Under the pieces are notes generated by a model, which worked only from the letters and a program-made list of their open reading frames with translations, ran no database searches and was not told the origin of the DNA. Below, piece by piece: positions 29,169 through 39,508 of a DNA stretch of 64,000 bases. Both the position numbers and the translations under genes were made by a program. Each line of letters opens with the position of its first letter. Position 1 is the stretch's first letter. Origin of the DNA: a candidate division FCPU426 bacterium (GTDB lineage Bacteria; Oederibacteriota; Muellerivitia; Muellerivitales; Muellerivitaceae); assembly GCA_963796105.1 (NCBI GenBank), contig CAWCKJ010000003.1, forward strand, positions 512,001 through 576,000. The letters run 5' to 3'.

Positions 29169-29358
29169 GGTTTATATTTTAACCTATGCATCAGTTAAAG
29201 CCCGCCAATGTAATTACATTAACAAAACCCTCTTTCACGATCGTGAGGAGACCATTGCGCCACTTAGCAGTTTTGGGACAAACATGGCTCAAAATATCTT
29301 TGCGTGAAAGCCAATAATCCATCAAAATGGGCGCATAGCTAAAAAATATTTCAAAGGC

Positions 29359-29805
29359 TTGATCTTGTTATCCACACAATCCATTTTCAGCCATCTCCGC
29401 CGGGTCCTCCAGAAAGCCTATTTCCTGCAATACCTGAACACGAACGAGTTTGGCCAACTGGTGGGTGCTCTTCGGGCGATAAGGGTCTTTAAAGGCTACG
29501 AAATCATCCGCCAGGGCGACCCGGGCGACGCCTTCTACCTCATCGCCACGGGCAAAGTATCCGTTTGGGTGGATAAAGGCCCCAGCCGGGAGAAGGTGGC
29601 CGAGCTTCGGGCCGATGATTATTTCGGGGAAATGTCCCTGATTTCCAACGAGCCCCGCAACGCCACGGTTGCCGCGGAAGGGGTTACGGAACTTTTCATC
29701 CTGGAAAAGGTCAATTTCGACAAGATTCTCATGAAAAACCCCGCCATCGCCGATAAGCTCCGCAAAGCCTACGTCGCCCGCATGGCCATGAACCAGCCGG
29801 ATTAA
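29359..29805 (+). CDS. Cyclic-nucleotide-binding domain protein
   Basis: IIRQGDPGDAFYLIATG...YFGEMSLI..EPRNATV. Confidence 0.92.
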   Translation: MILLSTQSIFSHLRRVLQKAYFLQYLNTNEFGQLVGALRAIRVFKGYEIIRQGDPGDAFYLIATGKVSVWVDKGPSREKVAELRADDYFGEMSLISNEPRNATVAAEGVTELFILEKVNFDKILMKNPAIADKLRKAYVARMAMNQPD

Positions 29806-30080
29806 ATTCTAAATTTTGAATTTAAAGTTTTAAATTAATGAAATTTATTTTTTCGCACTCTTCTTGTCCTTTATCCCCCGTTTTTTCCGTAATCCCCAAA
29901 AATTAACCGCACATAAATAGGCACCGACCCCAAGAAAACAAATTTAACTTTTCCCCAGGGCGCTTCGGGGCTACCCTAATCGCCGTGCGGTTGAGGGCCA
30001 AAGCCCGCCCTTTTAATCCGGCGGGTCCGAATTCACACGCCTCGCACGCGGTTACAAAAACCAAAAGGGGGTATCGATCC

Positions 30081-31721
30081 ATGAGAATTTCTAAAAGCAA
30101 CGGCCCATTGAACGTCCAGGCGATTTCGGGAACATACGTGGTACTGCTGGGGATGAATATGAGCGCGGAGTCCTCCAAAGGCCTCCTGGGTTTCTCCATC
30201 TGCCGGACGGACCACACTGAAAACGAGAAATACTGGCTGAAAAGCTTCAAGACTTTCAAGGAAACGGACCCCAACCCCGCGCCGGGATCGCTCGTTTCCA
30301 CCCAGGAAAACCCGATCCAGGGTTTTCACTGGGGCGACTATACCGCCAAGCCGAACCACCAATACAGTTACGAGGTGGTCCCGGTGTACGGCATTCCCAA
30401 GAACCTGAAACCGGGGCCTTCAGTCCTATTGGATGTTTCCACCCAGAACGAGGACCAGGGACGGCACGCGGTTTATTTCAACCGGGGCGTGGCGGGAAGC
30501 CAGGCCTTCGCCCGGAAATTCCCGAACGCGGACCTGACGAAAAGCCCGGACCCTGACGCCCTGGCCTGGCTTTCCCGCGGATTGGTAGAGGCCATGCTGG
30601 CCTACATCGGCCGGGCCAAGGGGAAAAAATTCTCCCTGCGGGCCGCCGTGTACGAGTTCAACTACCTCCCCGTCCTCCAGGCCTTCGGCGCGGCGGCCAA
30701 GACCGGCGCGGACGTGAAGATCGTCTATGACGCGCGCAAGGGAAAGGGCAAGCCCGTCGCCGCGAGCCAAGCAGCCATCAAGGCCGCCAAGATCCAGGAA
30801 CTGGTGATCCCCCGCACCGCGAACCCCTCCTATATCGCCCACAATAAATTCATCGTGCTCCTCGTGGACGGGAAACCCACCGAGGTCTGGACCGGCTCCA
30901 CGAACTTCACCGCCGGGGGCATCTTCGGCCATTCCAACGTGGGGCATATCGTCCGCGACGAAAATACCGCCCAGGCCTACCTGGATTACTGGGACAGGCT
31001 TTCCCAGGACCCCCTCGTGAAGGACCTGGCCCCGGAGAACCTGTCCGCGACGCCCACCCCCCAGGGAACCCTGGCCGGCGGGGCCCTGGAAGCGGCTTTC
31101 AGCCCCAGGCCGGACCTGGGAATCCTGGAATGGTACGCCGCCCAGATGGACAAGCAGAAGAACGCCTGCTTTACGGCCGCCTTCGGGGTCAATGAACTCC
31201 TGGCAAAAGTATTGGCCAAGCAGAGGGATTACCTGCGCTATATCCTCCTGGACCAGCCGGGAAAGACCTATTCGGAGTTCAGCAGGGTCAAGAACAACGA
31301 GATCGCCGTGGGGGCGGTCCTGGACGCCACGGACGATTTCCAGCGCTGGTTGAGCGAGCACTTGACCGGCTTGAACGCGCACGTGCCCTACCTGCACACC
31401 AAGTACCTGTTGCTGGACCCCCTGGGGGATAATCCCACCGTCATCAGCGGGTCGGCGAATTTCAGCGACGCTTCCACCCTGAAAAACGACGAGAACATGG
31501 TCCTCATCCAGGGCAACAAGGACGTGGCGGATATTTACTTGGGGGAATTCATGAGGCTTTTCGACCATTATTTCTTCAGGGACTACGCCAATCAGGCGGC
31601 GAAGGGCGGGAAAAAACCAACTTACGATCCAGCCCACCTCGCTTCGGACGATTCCTGGGCCAAGCCTTATTTCATCAGCGGATCGGCGAAGGAATTGATC
31701 AGGAATTTCTTTTGCCCATAA
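30081..31721 (+). CDS. Phospholipase D superfamily protein
   Basis: Two HKD-type motifs: HNKFIVLLVD...TGSTNF and HTKYLLLD...SGSANF; ATG 30081 preferred as start. Confidence 0.88.
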   Translation: MRISKSNGPLNVQAISGTYVVLLGMNMSAESSKGLLGFSICRTDHTENEKYWLKSFKTFKETDPNPAPGSLVSTQENPIQGFHWGDYTAKPNHQYSYEVVPVYGIPKNLKPGPSVLLDVSTQNEDQGRHAVYFNRGVAGSQAFARKFPNADLTKSPDPDALAWLSRGLVEAMLAYIGRAKGKKFSLRAAVYEFNYLPVLQAFGAAAKTGADVKIVYDARKGKGKPVAASQAAIKAAKIQELVIPRTANPSYIAHNKFIVLLVDGKPTEVWTGSTNFTAGGIFGHSNVGHIVRDENTAQAYLDYWDRLSQDPLVKDLAPENLSATPTPQGTLAGGALEAAFSPRPDLGILEWYAAQMDKQKNACFTAAFGVNELLAKVLAKQRDYLRYILLDQPGKTYSEFSRVKNNEIAVGAVLDATDDFQRWLSEHLTGLNAHVPYLHTKYLLLDPLGDNPTVISGSANFSDASTLKNDENMVLIQGNKDVADIYLGEFMRLFDHYFFRDYANQAAKGGKKPTYDPAHLASDDSWAKPYFISGSAKELIRNFFCP

Positions 31722-31740
31722 GGGCGGTAAGTTCAGGGGA

Positions 31741-32130
31741 TTATTTGGCGGGAGTGAATCTTGAAAGATAGGTTTTAAACAGATTCATATCTTCCTCTTT
31801 CATGGCGAGAAAACGGATTCCGCCTCCCCTTTCATTCGTCCAAACCACCTCGGTCATGGCTTTCAATTTTTCCGCCAGATCGGGGATCGAAATAGTGAGG
31901 CTCAAGATGCTTTTGTTCTTGAGCGCCTCGGCCGACGCGATGAACAGGCCTCCCAGGCTGATATTCAAGGTGTGCGCTTGTTTCTCCATTTTATTGCGCT
32001 CCAGAAGGCTCACGATTTCCTCCGGATCGTCGAGAACCCTGTAAACGATCGGAATCCTGACCGAAAACCTCGGGTCAACCCTTTTATCGCTTTGATTTTC
32101 ATTTTGAAGGAATGCTTCCGGCATAGTCAC
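31741..32130 (-). CDS. PilZ-domain c-di-GMP effector
   Basis: KRVDPR (RxxxR) and NISLGG. Confidence 0.9.
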   Translation of the reverse strand: MTMPEAFLQNENQSDKRVDPRFSVRIPIVYRVLDDPEEIVSLLERNKMEKQAHTLNISLGGLFIASAEALKNKSILSLTISIPDLAEKLKAMTEVVWTNERGGGIRFLAMKEEDMNLFKTYLSRFTPAK

Positions 32131-32352
32131 CTTTCAAATTAAATTTTCCCGGCAATCCTTTATCAAATAGCCCGAAAATATTTAATCCATTTATCCTATT
32201 TCATTTAATGATTTATCTCATTGATAGGGTTAATCTGGTCAAAACACGGATATTTTCGAGTCTTATTCCCCGGCCGATAGAATTATTTCGGACGGAAGTT
32301 TTGATTTCCAGCGCTTCCGGAGGGCCTTGGTCCGCGCCAAAGGAATGGGGTT

Positions 32353-32724
32353 TTAATCGCTGAGGGACGCTTTGTCGATATAAGCCTTGAAGGTTTTCAA
32401 GTCATTATTTTTCATGGCCAGGAAGCGGATTCCGCCTCCCATTTCGTTCGACCAAACCACCTCGGCCATCGCGTTCAATTTTTTTACCACGCCGGGAATC
32501 GGTATGTCAAAACTCAGGATGTTCCCTTGTTCAAGCGTTTGATCCGCCACTATGTACATGCCGCCCAGGCTGACGTTCAAGGTGGGGTGATGGACTTCCT
32601 TTTTACCCCTGTCCCGAATGCTCCTGATTTCCTTGGGATCGTCGAGCACCCTAAAAACAATAGGTATGATAGCGTCAACCCGGGGGTTCACCCGCCTATC
32701 CTTTTGCAGATAAGCTTCAGGCAT
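32353..32724 (-). CDS. PilZ-domain c-di-GMP effector
   Basis: RRVNPR and NVSLGG. Confidence 0.9.
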   Translation of the reverse strand: MPEAYLQKDRRVNPRVDAIIPIVFRVLDDPKEIRSIRDRGKKEVHHPTLNVSLGGMYIVADQTLEQGNILSFDIPIPGVVKKLNAMAEVVWSNEMGGGIRFLAMKNNDLKTFKAYIDKASLSD

Positions 32725-32782
32725 AAGCGATTCCCTTTTTATAAAATTCCCTAACGGTTTCCCCTAAGACCCACCGCCCAGA

Positions 32783-32959
32783 TTACAGCTTGTACTTTTT
32801 CTTCACTTCTTTTTCCGCCTGAAGCCAGTCCGACAGTTCGTCTCCGGGCTTATTGGCGGAGGTTCTTTTCAAGAAAACCTCTCCCGCGGTTTTTCGAATT
32901 TCCTCTTGGAGCGTCTCAAGGGATGGTTTAGATTGAGTTTGCTTCGTTTCTTTTGCCAT
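32783..32959 (-). CDS. 58-aa DUF2934-like protein, below the ORF-track cutoff
   Basis: GGAG RBS; MAKETKQ...EEIRKTAGEVFLKR...PGDELSDWLQAEKEV. Confidence 0.75.
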   Translation of the reverse strand: MAKETKQTQSKPSLETLQEEIRKTAGEVFLKRTSANKPGDELSDWLQAEKEVKKKYKL

Positions 32960-33366
32960 GACTGCGTCTCCTTTTTACCAAGACACAAAAAGATAATCTT
33001 GGGTAAAAGCTGGTTACTCCCCTCAACCGCTTATTACCCCTTTCATTATATTCCTTTTTTAAAAATATCACGCAATCTTCAGGGTCGAGCAAGAAATCGT
33101 TATTCGGGACCAATGCCCGAATCCTCGCATTGGGATCCAACCGTGAAGACATTAATCAGTCTGATTAAGGGGGTGAAAAAGGGGGGATGGGGGGTATTAG
33201 CTTTTGTTGTGTAACACCAAGAGGCTAACTTCCCCTCTATCCCCCTCTTTCAGAGGGGGAAGATAAAAAAATCAATAGACCGCAGGTGCTTTGTACATAG
33301 GCATAGGATTTTTTCTCGGATAAACAAGCGAAGAAAAGTGATCGGTTTGAGGCGTTTAAAAAGCTA

Positions 33367-33729
33367 TTAACCGCTATTATCGGCCAGCTTTTTCGATAGA
33401 TGGGCATTTAGGGTTTTCTCGTCGTCCTCAGCCATGACCAGGAAGCGGATTCCCGCCCCTTGGCCGCTGATCCTGACCACCTCCGCGAAAGCCGGTATGG
33501 TTTCCTTCTGGGACGGCAGGGTCAAGTTTAAGCGGATGATATTGCCCGCTTTCAAGTCTTGAACCCCCTTGAGGTAGATACCCCCGAAGCTCATGTTTAA
33601 ACCCAGTGAGTTCTTGTTGTTTTGGGCCTGGACCGGCATGGGTTCCTCAAAGAGACAGTAATCGATATGGATTTGCTCCTGGATCCGGGGATGGGTTCGA
33701 TGCTCAACTATGATTTTTCCTTCTTGCAT
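33367..33729 (-). CDS. PilZ-domain c-di-GMP effector
   Basis: HRTHPR and NMSFGG, AEVVR, GIRF. Confidence 0.88.
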   Translation of the reverse strand: MQEGKIIVEHRTHPRIQEQIHIDYCLFEEPMPVQAQNNKNSLGLNMSFGGIYLKGVQDLKAGNIIRLNLTLPSQKETIPAFAEVVRISGQGAGIRFLVMAEDDEKTLNAHLSKKLADNSG

Positions 33730-33884
33730 TGCATCTCCTAAGCGGGTTAATGAAATTTATTCATTTGGAACAAGCTGACCGATATTTTCACTTACTAGGC
33801 ACCAAAGAACAAGGGAGCAATCAAAAATCATGATACGCGCCAAGACAAATTAAGGATATTCCCCCATGACCCGATTCCTCAAAT

Positions 33885-33921
33885 AAAAAAACCCTTCCCC
33901 CTCAAGGAGGGAAGGGTTTTT
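33885..33921 (-). terminator. Rho-independent terminator downstream of the lipoprotein gene
   Basis: AAAAACCCTTCCC...GGGAAGGGTTTTT stem with T tract. Confidence 0.8.
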
Positions 33922-33936
33922 AAGACTACAGGTAGT

Positions 33937-34842
33937 TTATTTATGCGTTAAGGCGAAGCCGCAGCCCACGCCGATCAAGCCGCCCTTGATGGTGGTGGCA
34001 CTGCTTACTGTGGTCGTCCAATTGATCTCCTCGATTCCTGAATAATAGGTCGCGGGCGAGCTCAGGGGGCTGTAGTCCGACGGGTTGAAGGTGTAAGGGC
34101 TCGAATACCCGCTGGAGCTTCCGGCGTTATAGTAGGAAAGTGTAACGGCGTAGGAGGGCGTGGTCTGAAAACCTACCACGAAAGACGCGTCATACATGCC
34201 CAGGTTCGTGATGGTATCCGTGACATCGGGGCCGCTGGGATAGGAAAAGGCGTTGCCGCCCGCCGGAGTCAGGGTGCTTGTAGCCGTGTCCCCAATACCG
34301 GATACCGACAAAGTGTAAGGGGTGGTCGGGGAGTAGGAGCTTAAGGATCCTGTGTACACTGAAAAATAATATCCATTATAAGTCACGGATTCCGCATAAC
34401 TCAGCGATATGGTCGAGCCTCCGCTAGGCGTCAGGCTGACAATGGCGTTATTAACAGCTGTATTGGCCACCGATACGTCCGCGAAGGCGAACCCTTCGGA
34501 TATGGGTGTGAAACTGCTGTTGATATTGCTTTCATCCACGTTCATTCCCATGATCATGCCAACCGCCCAGGTACCAGTGCCCGCGGCGGCGAATGGCCCG
34601 ACGGAAGCGAACATCGGTGAAAAAGCGGCGTTCAGGGCGGAGTTCACGCCGTTGGTTCCGGCTGAATTGCCCATGGAGTAAGCCCCAACATAGGAGCCAA
34701 AAGAACTAAAAAGAGTGGTAAAGGGCACGCCGCTGGCGGCGGGAGTAGGCGTGGTAGAAGTTTTGCTGCAACCCCATTGAAGCGTCGCCAACAAGCAAAC
34801 CGCCATCAAGAATTGGATCCCTTTTAAACTTTTACGGCTCAT
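33937..34842 (-). CDS. Ser/Thr/Tyr-rich lipoprotein of unknown function
   Basis: GAGGAGG RBS; signal peptide ending LQWGC. Confidence 0.75.
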   Translation of the reverse strand: MSRKSLKGIQFLMAVCLLATLQWGCSKTSTTPTPAASGVPFTTLFSSFGSYVGAYSMGNSAGTNGVNSALNAAFSPMFASVGPFAAAGTGTWAVGMIMGMNVDESNINSSFTPISEGFAFADVSVANTAVNNAIVSLTPSGGSTISLSYAESVTYNGYYFSVYTGSLSSYSPTTPYTLSVSGIGDTATSTLTPAGGNAFSYPSGPDVTDTITNLGMYDASFVVGFQTTPSYAVTLSYYNAGSSSGYSSPYTFNPSDYSPLSSPATYYSGIEEINWTTTVSSATTIKGGLIGVGCGFALTHK

Positions 34843-34945
34843 AACAACCTCCTCGGACCTTATGGATTCTTTTCCAACAAGGGAAGATTATATCACCCGG
34901 CGTGAATTCCAGGTCAATTGAAACCGGTAAAACATCGTTAAAATC

Positions 34946-35335
34946 TCAGGGTTTCCCGGCCGGAGCATGGAGTTGCAAGGATTCCCCCGCCAGTTCCTCG
35001 GCAAAAGCCCTCAAGATCCTCCTGCGTTGGGGGGATTTGAAACTATTCCCAAGCCACTGAAGCGTCACCAGGTCAAACGCCTCTCCCTGCCCGACCGTTT
35101 GAGGGAAATGCTCGATCCAAACCAGCTGGCTCGGCGGTATTTCGCATTTTCCCTGCACGGTATTAGCCAGCGCCACGAAACCCGTGACCGCGATCGAGCC
35201 TGCCTTGGCGTTGGCGGATTGGGAAACCACCACCGTCTTGTTGATCTTCGGGTTATCGAACATCCTGAGAGAGCAATGGGCCAGGGCCTTAGGCTTATTC
35301 CCCCACTTGAAATTGTCGTTAAAAATCGTTTCCAT
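34946..35335 (-). CDS. Hypothetical protein
   Basis: GGAGG RBS, follows vapC; contains LVWIEHFP. Confidence 0.65.
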   Translation of the reverse strand: METIFNDNFKWGNKPKALAHCSLRMFDNPKINKTVVVSQSANAKAGSIAVTGFVALANTVQGKCEIPPSQLVWIEHFPQTVGQGEAFDLVTLQWLGNSFKSPQRRRILRAFAEELAGESLQLHAPAGKP

Positions 35336-35347
35336 GATTTTCCTCCC

Positions 35348-35746
35348 CTAAATCCAGTTTATTTTCAGTTCTTTTTCCAAAACCTTAAATTCCGGGTCCC
35401 CAGTGACAAGCTCGGCCTTATTCCGCTTGGCCAAGGCCGCCGCGAACGCGTCGGCATAGGGGATTTTATGGTCCGCCTTGAGCTTGGCGGCATCCGATGC
35501 CAGGGATTCGTCGGCCGCCACCACTTCCACCGGATACCCGCTTATGACCTTGAGGCAGTTCTCGGCCTGCTCGGGACCCCGCTCCCTGCTGGTGATGTAG
35601 TAAAGCTCGCCCCAATTCACGACGCACATGGAAGCCTCCACATCGCCTTCCAGCGCCTTCTTCAGGATCTCGATCACGGGCCTTCCCGCTTCCTCGCCGT
35701 TGAAATAGGCAATCAGCGCGTAACTGTCCAGGACGTAGCGTTTCAA
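35348..35746 (-). CDS. vapC: VapC PIN-domain toxin
   Basis: YVLDSYALI, VNWGELYY, PYADAFAAALA, LVTGDPEF. Confidence 0.92.
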   Translation of the reverse strand: MKRYVLDSYALIAYFNGEEAGRPVIEILKKALEGDVEASMCVVNWGELYYITSRERGPEQAENCLKVISGYPVEVVAADESLASDAAKLKADHKIPYADAFAAALAKRNKAELVTGDPEFKVLEKELKINWI

Positions 35747-36033
35747 GATTTGGAATCCTCCCGCTCACGGTCCCTTTTTCTTTCCTCCAGGAGGGCCTTC
35801 AAGGCGATCCCCTTCCCTCCCTTGAGAATCCCGAAATTCTTTTCGATGGCCTCGGGAGTGACCGGAACCACCCGGATCTCCCCATCCCTCTCATAGATGC
35901 TCACCTGCGTACCGCCTTTCAACCCTAAACGCCTGCGGATTTTCGCGGGTATCACCACCTGGCCCTTGGGCGTCATGAGGGTTCGCTTCCAGCCTGTTTC
36001 CATCGTTTTCAAGGGGCGGCTCCATTTGTGCAA
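35743..36033 (-). CDS. AbrB/MazE/SpoVT-family antitoxin (start probably ATG 36003)
   Basis: MTPKGQVVIPAKIRRRLGLKGG; 4-bp overlap with vapC. Confidence 0.9.
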   Translation of the reverse strand: MHKWSRPLKTMETGWKRTLMTPKGQVVIPAKIRRRLGLKGGTQVSIYERDGEIRVVPVTPEAIEKNFGILKGGKGIALKALLEERKRDREREDSKS

Positions 36034-36170
36034 CTTTATTAATTTAGTATAACATTTTTTATTAGTTGTATATATATTAATTTGTTGTACTTTTCAATAA
36101 AAGGGACTATACCCAACAATGTCTAGGATTCCGTTTAAGGCCCGGATTCTTATGGGGAGAATGGCGAAAT

Positions 36171-37094
36171 TTAACGGTCTTTGGCGGGTCTGGCGGGAAG
36201 AAACACCGACCCGTAAATCTTTTTACTGTTCCGGCCCATGGCGTTTGCGAAGATGGAGACGGTGTAGGTACGGGAGTTTTCCAAGCCTGCGACGGCCAGC
36301 TCTTCTTTTCCCGTGAACCAGGTCATGGATTTTTTCTCGTAATTCCGCTCCCCATTCAGCTCGATCACGTAGCCATCCGCCCCTTGAAGCTTTTCCCAAC
36401 TTAAGCGCATCATTCCATTGCCGGCCTTAATCCTGAAATGTTTAGGGGCATCCGGCTGGGTCCTGGCGGTTTTTCCGGACATCTTAGGCGGGCCAAACAG
36501 CCTGTAATCTATCGGCTCCACTTTCGCCCCATTCGCGCCGTTCTTCCCCCGCGCTTTCACGGAGGATTTAAAGGAATTCGAGCAAAGGGCCAGGATAGGC
36601 TCCCATTCTTTCCGTCGTATCTTGGGAAACACCATTTTGAACCCCAAGTCCCTATGCTCAACGAGCATAATCCTTTTGAAATAAACGACATTCCCGTCCT
36701 GCTCGCCCATCACCACGAAATATTTATCCCGAAACTCCTTATGTTTGATTTGAACCCCTGACTCGGCGAGATGCCTTAATAGCTTCTTATAATCCCCCTC
36801 CCACTTCTCCCGGTTCCCGATGAAATGATCGGCAATCGAAATGGAGGACTTCAAGTCATAGGAATAAAAGGTTTCGGTGCCGGGATCAACCGCCAATAAA
36901 TCCACCGGATATTTCATCTCGAAAAAATTATTTTTTGAGTGGTAAAGAAAAGTGAGTTTTTCGTTGGGGGCCGCATTCCCCGGGAGTTTATCCGCGCTCA
37001 GCACAACCGGAACTGTTGAAAGCAATAAAAGGATTAGGATGATACCCGCGCGCCTCATGGAATGGCGGCTCCAACGTGAAAATGGGATTTTCAT
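36171..37094 (-). CDS. Exported protein with C-terminal fibronectin type III-like domain
   Basis: Hydrophobic signal; PDAPKHF..AGNG..RLSW...GYVI...GLENSRTYTVSIFA. Confidence 0.65.
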   Translation of the reverse strand: MKIPFSRWSRHSMRRAGIILILLLLSTVPVVLSADKLPGNAAPNEKLTFLYHSKNNFFEMKYPVDLLAVDPGTETFYSYDLKSSISIADHFIGNREKWEGDYKKLLRHLAESGVQIKHKEFRDKYFVVMGEQDGNVVYFKRIMLVEHRDLGFKMVFPKIRRKEWEPILALCSNSFKSSVKARGKNGANGAKVEPIDYRLFGPPKMSGKTARTQPDAPKHFRIKAGNGMMRLSWEKLQGADGYVIELNGERNYEKKSMTWFTGKEELAVAGLENSRTYTVSIFANAMGRNSKKIYGSVFLPARPAKDR

Positions 37095-37135
37095 CTTTTG
37101 AACCCGGTATTTTTTATGCGGAGGGATGGTTCTAT

Positions 37136-37957
37136 TCAGACTTTATTCAAGCCCAGGTCCATGACGACCTGCTCGATGATGTCGGCGTCTATCTTTTCCC
37201 GTTTCAAAAGGTAGCCTTCCAGCATGGCGTTATCGCAAATGGTGTTGATCAGGCGGGGAATCCCCTTCGTATAATCAAAGATCTTCTTGTAAGCGTTGGC
37301 CGTGAACAGGTCCTTGGAACAACCGGCCACTCCCAAACGGTGCCGGATGTATTGGACGGTCGTCGCGGAATCCAATGAATGGATGGAAATTTTCATACCT
37401 ACCCTTTGCAGGAGGGGCGGATCCAAAGCCAGGTAATTCTCCATTTCAGGCAGGCCCAGCAGGATGAAGGTGATGAGTTTGTGTCCCGGAACCTCCAGGT
37501 TCAAAAGCCCGCGCAATTCCTCGAAAATCTCCTTTTTCCGGAGCATATTCGCCTCATCAATCACCACCACCGCTTTCCGTCCCTCTTCGCGGATGCGCAT
37601 GAGCCTCTGGGTCAATTGGGCGATGATTTTCCCCTTCTCATCGCCGGGATCCTCCACCCCCAGGTGGTGGGCGATTTTTTTCAACAGCCACTCCGCTGTG
37701 ATTTCCGTGTGGATGATGACCAATAGGGTGGCCTCGTATTGAGGGTCCTTTTCCAGCTTCTCCAGGACCTTGCGGGCGAGAAGGGTTTTGCCCGTGCCGA
37801 TCCCCCCCGTCACCACCGTCAGGCCGTTCATGTTGTCCGCGGCGTACAGCATCCGCACCAGGGCTTCCGAGTGCTGGCTGTTCTCGAAAAAGAACCGGCT
37901 GTCAGGCGTGTTGGAATAAGCCTGCTCGTTGAGGCCGTAGAAATTTTCGTAACTCAT
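37136..37957 (-). CDS. ExeA/GspA-like AAA ATPase
   Basis: YENFYGL...PDSRFFF, GGIGTGKT, VVIDEA, GIPRLINTICDNAM. Confidence 0.9.
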   Translation of the reverse strand: MSYENFYGLNEQAYSNTPDSRFFFENSQHSEALVRMLYAADNMNGLTVVTGGIGTGKTLLARKVLEKLEKDPQYEATLLVIIHTEITAEWLLKKIAHHLGVEDPGDEKGKIIAQLTQRLMRIREEGRKAVVVIDEANMLRKKEIFEELRGLLNLEVPGHKLITFILLGLPEMENYLALDPPLLQRVGMKISIHSLDSATTVQYIRHRLGVAGCSKDLFTANAYKKIFDYTKGIPRLINTICDNAMLEGYLLKREKIDADIIEQVVMDLGLNKV

Positions 37958-38066
37958 TACACAACCCTTTCAAGGATTCCCGTCCCTTTCAACATGGCCA
38001 ACGGGATAAGATCGGAGTATTTCTCCGGCAGACTTTAAACGGCTCCACTCAAAAAAGCCAGGATCT

Positions 38067-38142
38067 TGGTGAGTCGGCCGGGGATCGAACCCGGGACACC
38101 TACATTAAAAGTGTAGTGCTCTACCAACTGAGCTACCGACTC
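38067..38142 (-). tRNA. tRNA-Lys(UUU)
   Basis: Complete 76-nt cloverleaf GAGTCGGTAGCTCAG...CTTTTAA...GGTTCGATCCC...CCA. Confidence 0.97.
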
Positions 38143-38163
38143 ACCCAAACCCCGTGCGTTCGG

Positions 38164-39477
38164 CTAATTCTTCTTGAAAATCCTGGACCGGTCTTGCCCC
38201 ACCGAAATCCAACGGATCGGGACCTCCACGAATTTCTCAACCACGTCCAAATACCTCCTGGCCTCCACTGGTAGGTCCGCCAGCCTCGTGACACGGGAAA
38301 GGTCCCCGTCCCAGCCCTTCATCACGGCATAAACCGGCTCGCACTTGGAAAGCTCCGACAGACTGGCCGGAAATTCCGTGACCGTCCTTCCCCCCAGCTT
38401 GTAGCCTTTGCACAGTTTCAGCGACTTCACCGTGCTGAGTACGTCCAGCTTGGTGATAAGCAGGCCGGTCAATCCATTGATCCGGCAGGCGTATTTCAGC
38501 GCGACTAAATCCATCCAGCCGCAGCGCCTGGGCCTTCCCGTCGTGGCGCCGAACTCCCCGCCCATCTGGCGGATTTTGGCGCCGAAAGCCTCCTCCATCT
38601 CGGAGGGAAAAGGCCCCTCCCCCACCCGCGTGGTATAGGCCTTGGCCACGCCGAAAATCTCATCCAGGCATTGGGGCCCGATGCCCAAGCCCGTGCAAAC
38701 CCCGCCCACGCTCGCGCTGGAGGAGGTGACATAGGGATAGGTCCCGAAATCCACGTCCAGGAGGGTCCCTTGGGCTCCCTCGGCCAGGAAATTCTTTCCT
38801 GCTTTGAGCTTATCCGCCAGGAACTTCGAGGTGTCCCTTACCAGGGGCTTGATCCTCGGGAAAGTCCTCAAGTACTCATCGGCGATCTTGTCCGCGTCCG
38901 CCAGGGCGGAGCCGTAATAATTCTTGAGCCAAAAATTCTTTTCCTTCACGATTTCCTTGAGCTTTTTCCGGAAATCAGTGGCCGAGAAGAAGTCACAGAT
39001 CCTCAAACCCACCCGCGCCACCTTGTCCATGTAAGCGGGACCGATGCCCCGGTTCGTCGTGCCGATTTTTCCAACGCCCTTGCGGTTTTCGGAGGCCCCG
39101 TCCAGCAGGCGGTGGTAGGGCATAAGAACCTGCGCCCTGTCGCTAATGATCAGGTGCCCGTCGAGCTCCACTCCGGCTTTCTTGAGGGAATCCATCTCGT
39201 CCAATAGGGCCACCGGGTCCAGGACCACGCCGTTGCCGATCAAGCAGGTCTTACCGTCATGGAGTATGCCCGAGGGAATCTGGTGGAACACGATTTTCCG
39301 GCCCTCGGCCACGACCGTGTGGCCGGCGTTGCTTCCGCCCTGGTAGCGGGCCACGATGTCCACCTGCTCGGTGAGCACATCCACCATCTTGGCCTTGCCC
39401 TCGTCGCCCCATTGGGCGCCGATAATGACCAGGTTTTTCTTCTGGCGAGCCGATGTTTTTTTGTTTTTAAGAGCCAT
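38164..39477 (-). CDS. purA: Adenylosuccinate synthetase
   Basis: GAQWGDEGK, GGSNAGHT, EGAQG, GATTGRPRRCGW; ATG 39477 with GGGGGA RBS. Confidence 0.98.
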   Translation of the reverse strand: MALKNKKTSARQKKNLVIIGAQWGDEGKAKMVDVLTEQVDIVARYQGGSNAGHTVVAEGRKIVFHQIPSGILHDGKTCLIGNGVVLDPVALLDEMDSLKKAGVELDGHLIISDRAQVLMPYHRLLDGASENRKGVGKIGTTNRGIGPAYMDKVARVGLRICDFFSATDFRKKLKEIVKEKNFWLKNYYGSALADADKIADEYLRTFPRIKPLVRDTSKFLADKLKAGKNFLAEGAQGTLLDVDFGTYPYVTSSSASVGGVCTGLGIGPQCLDEIFGVAKAYTTRVGEGPFPSEMEEAFGAKIRQMGGEFGATTGRPRRCGWMDLVALKYACRINGLTGLLITKLDVLSTVKSLKLCKGYKLGGRTVTEFPASLSELSKCEPVYAVMKGWDGDLSRVTRLADLPVEARRYLDVVEKFVEVPIRWISVGQDRSRIFKKN

Positions 39478-39508
39478 GTTTTCCCCCGGATTCCAGGCCA
39501 TACCGGAC

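Larger units (their letters stand above)
10344..29200. mobile_element. Decayed integrative genomic island; right boundary approximate
   Basis: tRNA fragment plus int/xis at the left end; AT-richer segments; TA, Fic, IS and pseudogene cargo; GC-rich genes resume near 29.4 kb; no second att site seen. Confidence 0.55.
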
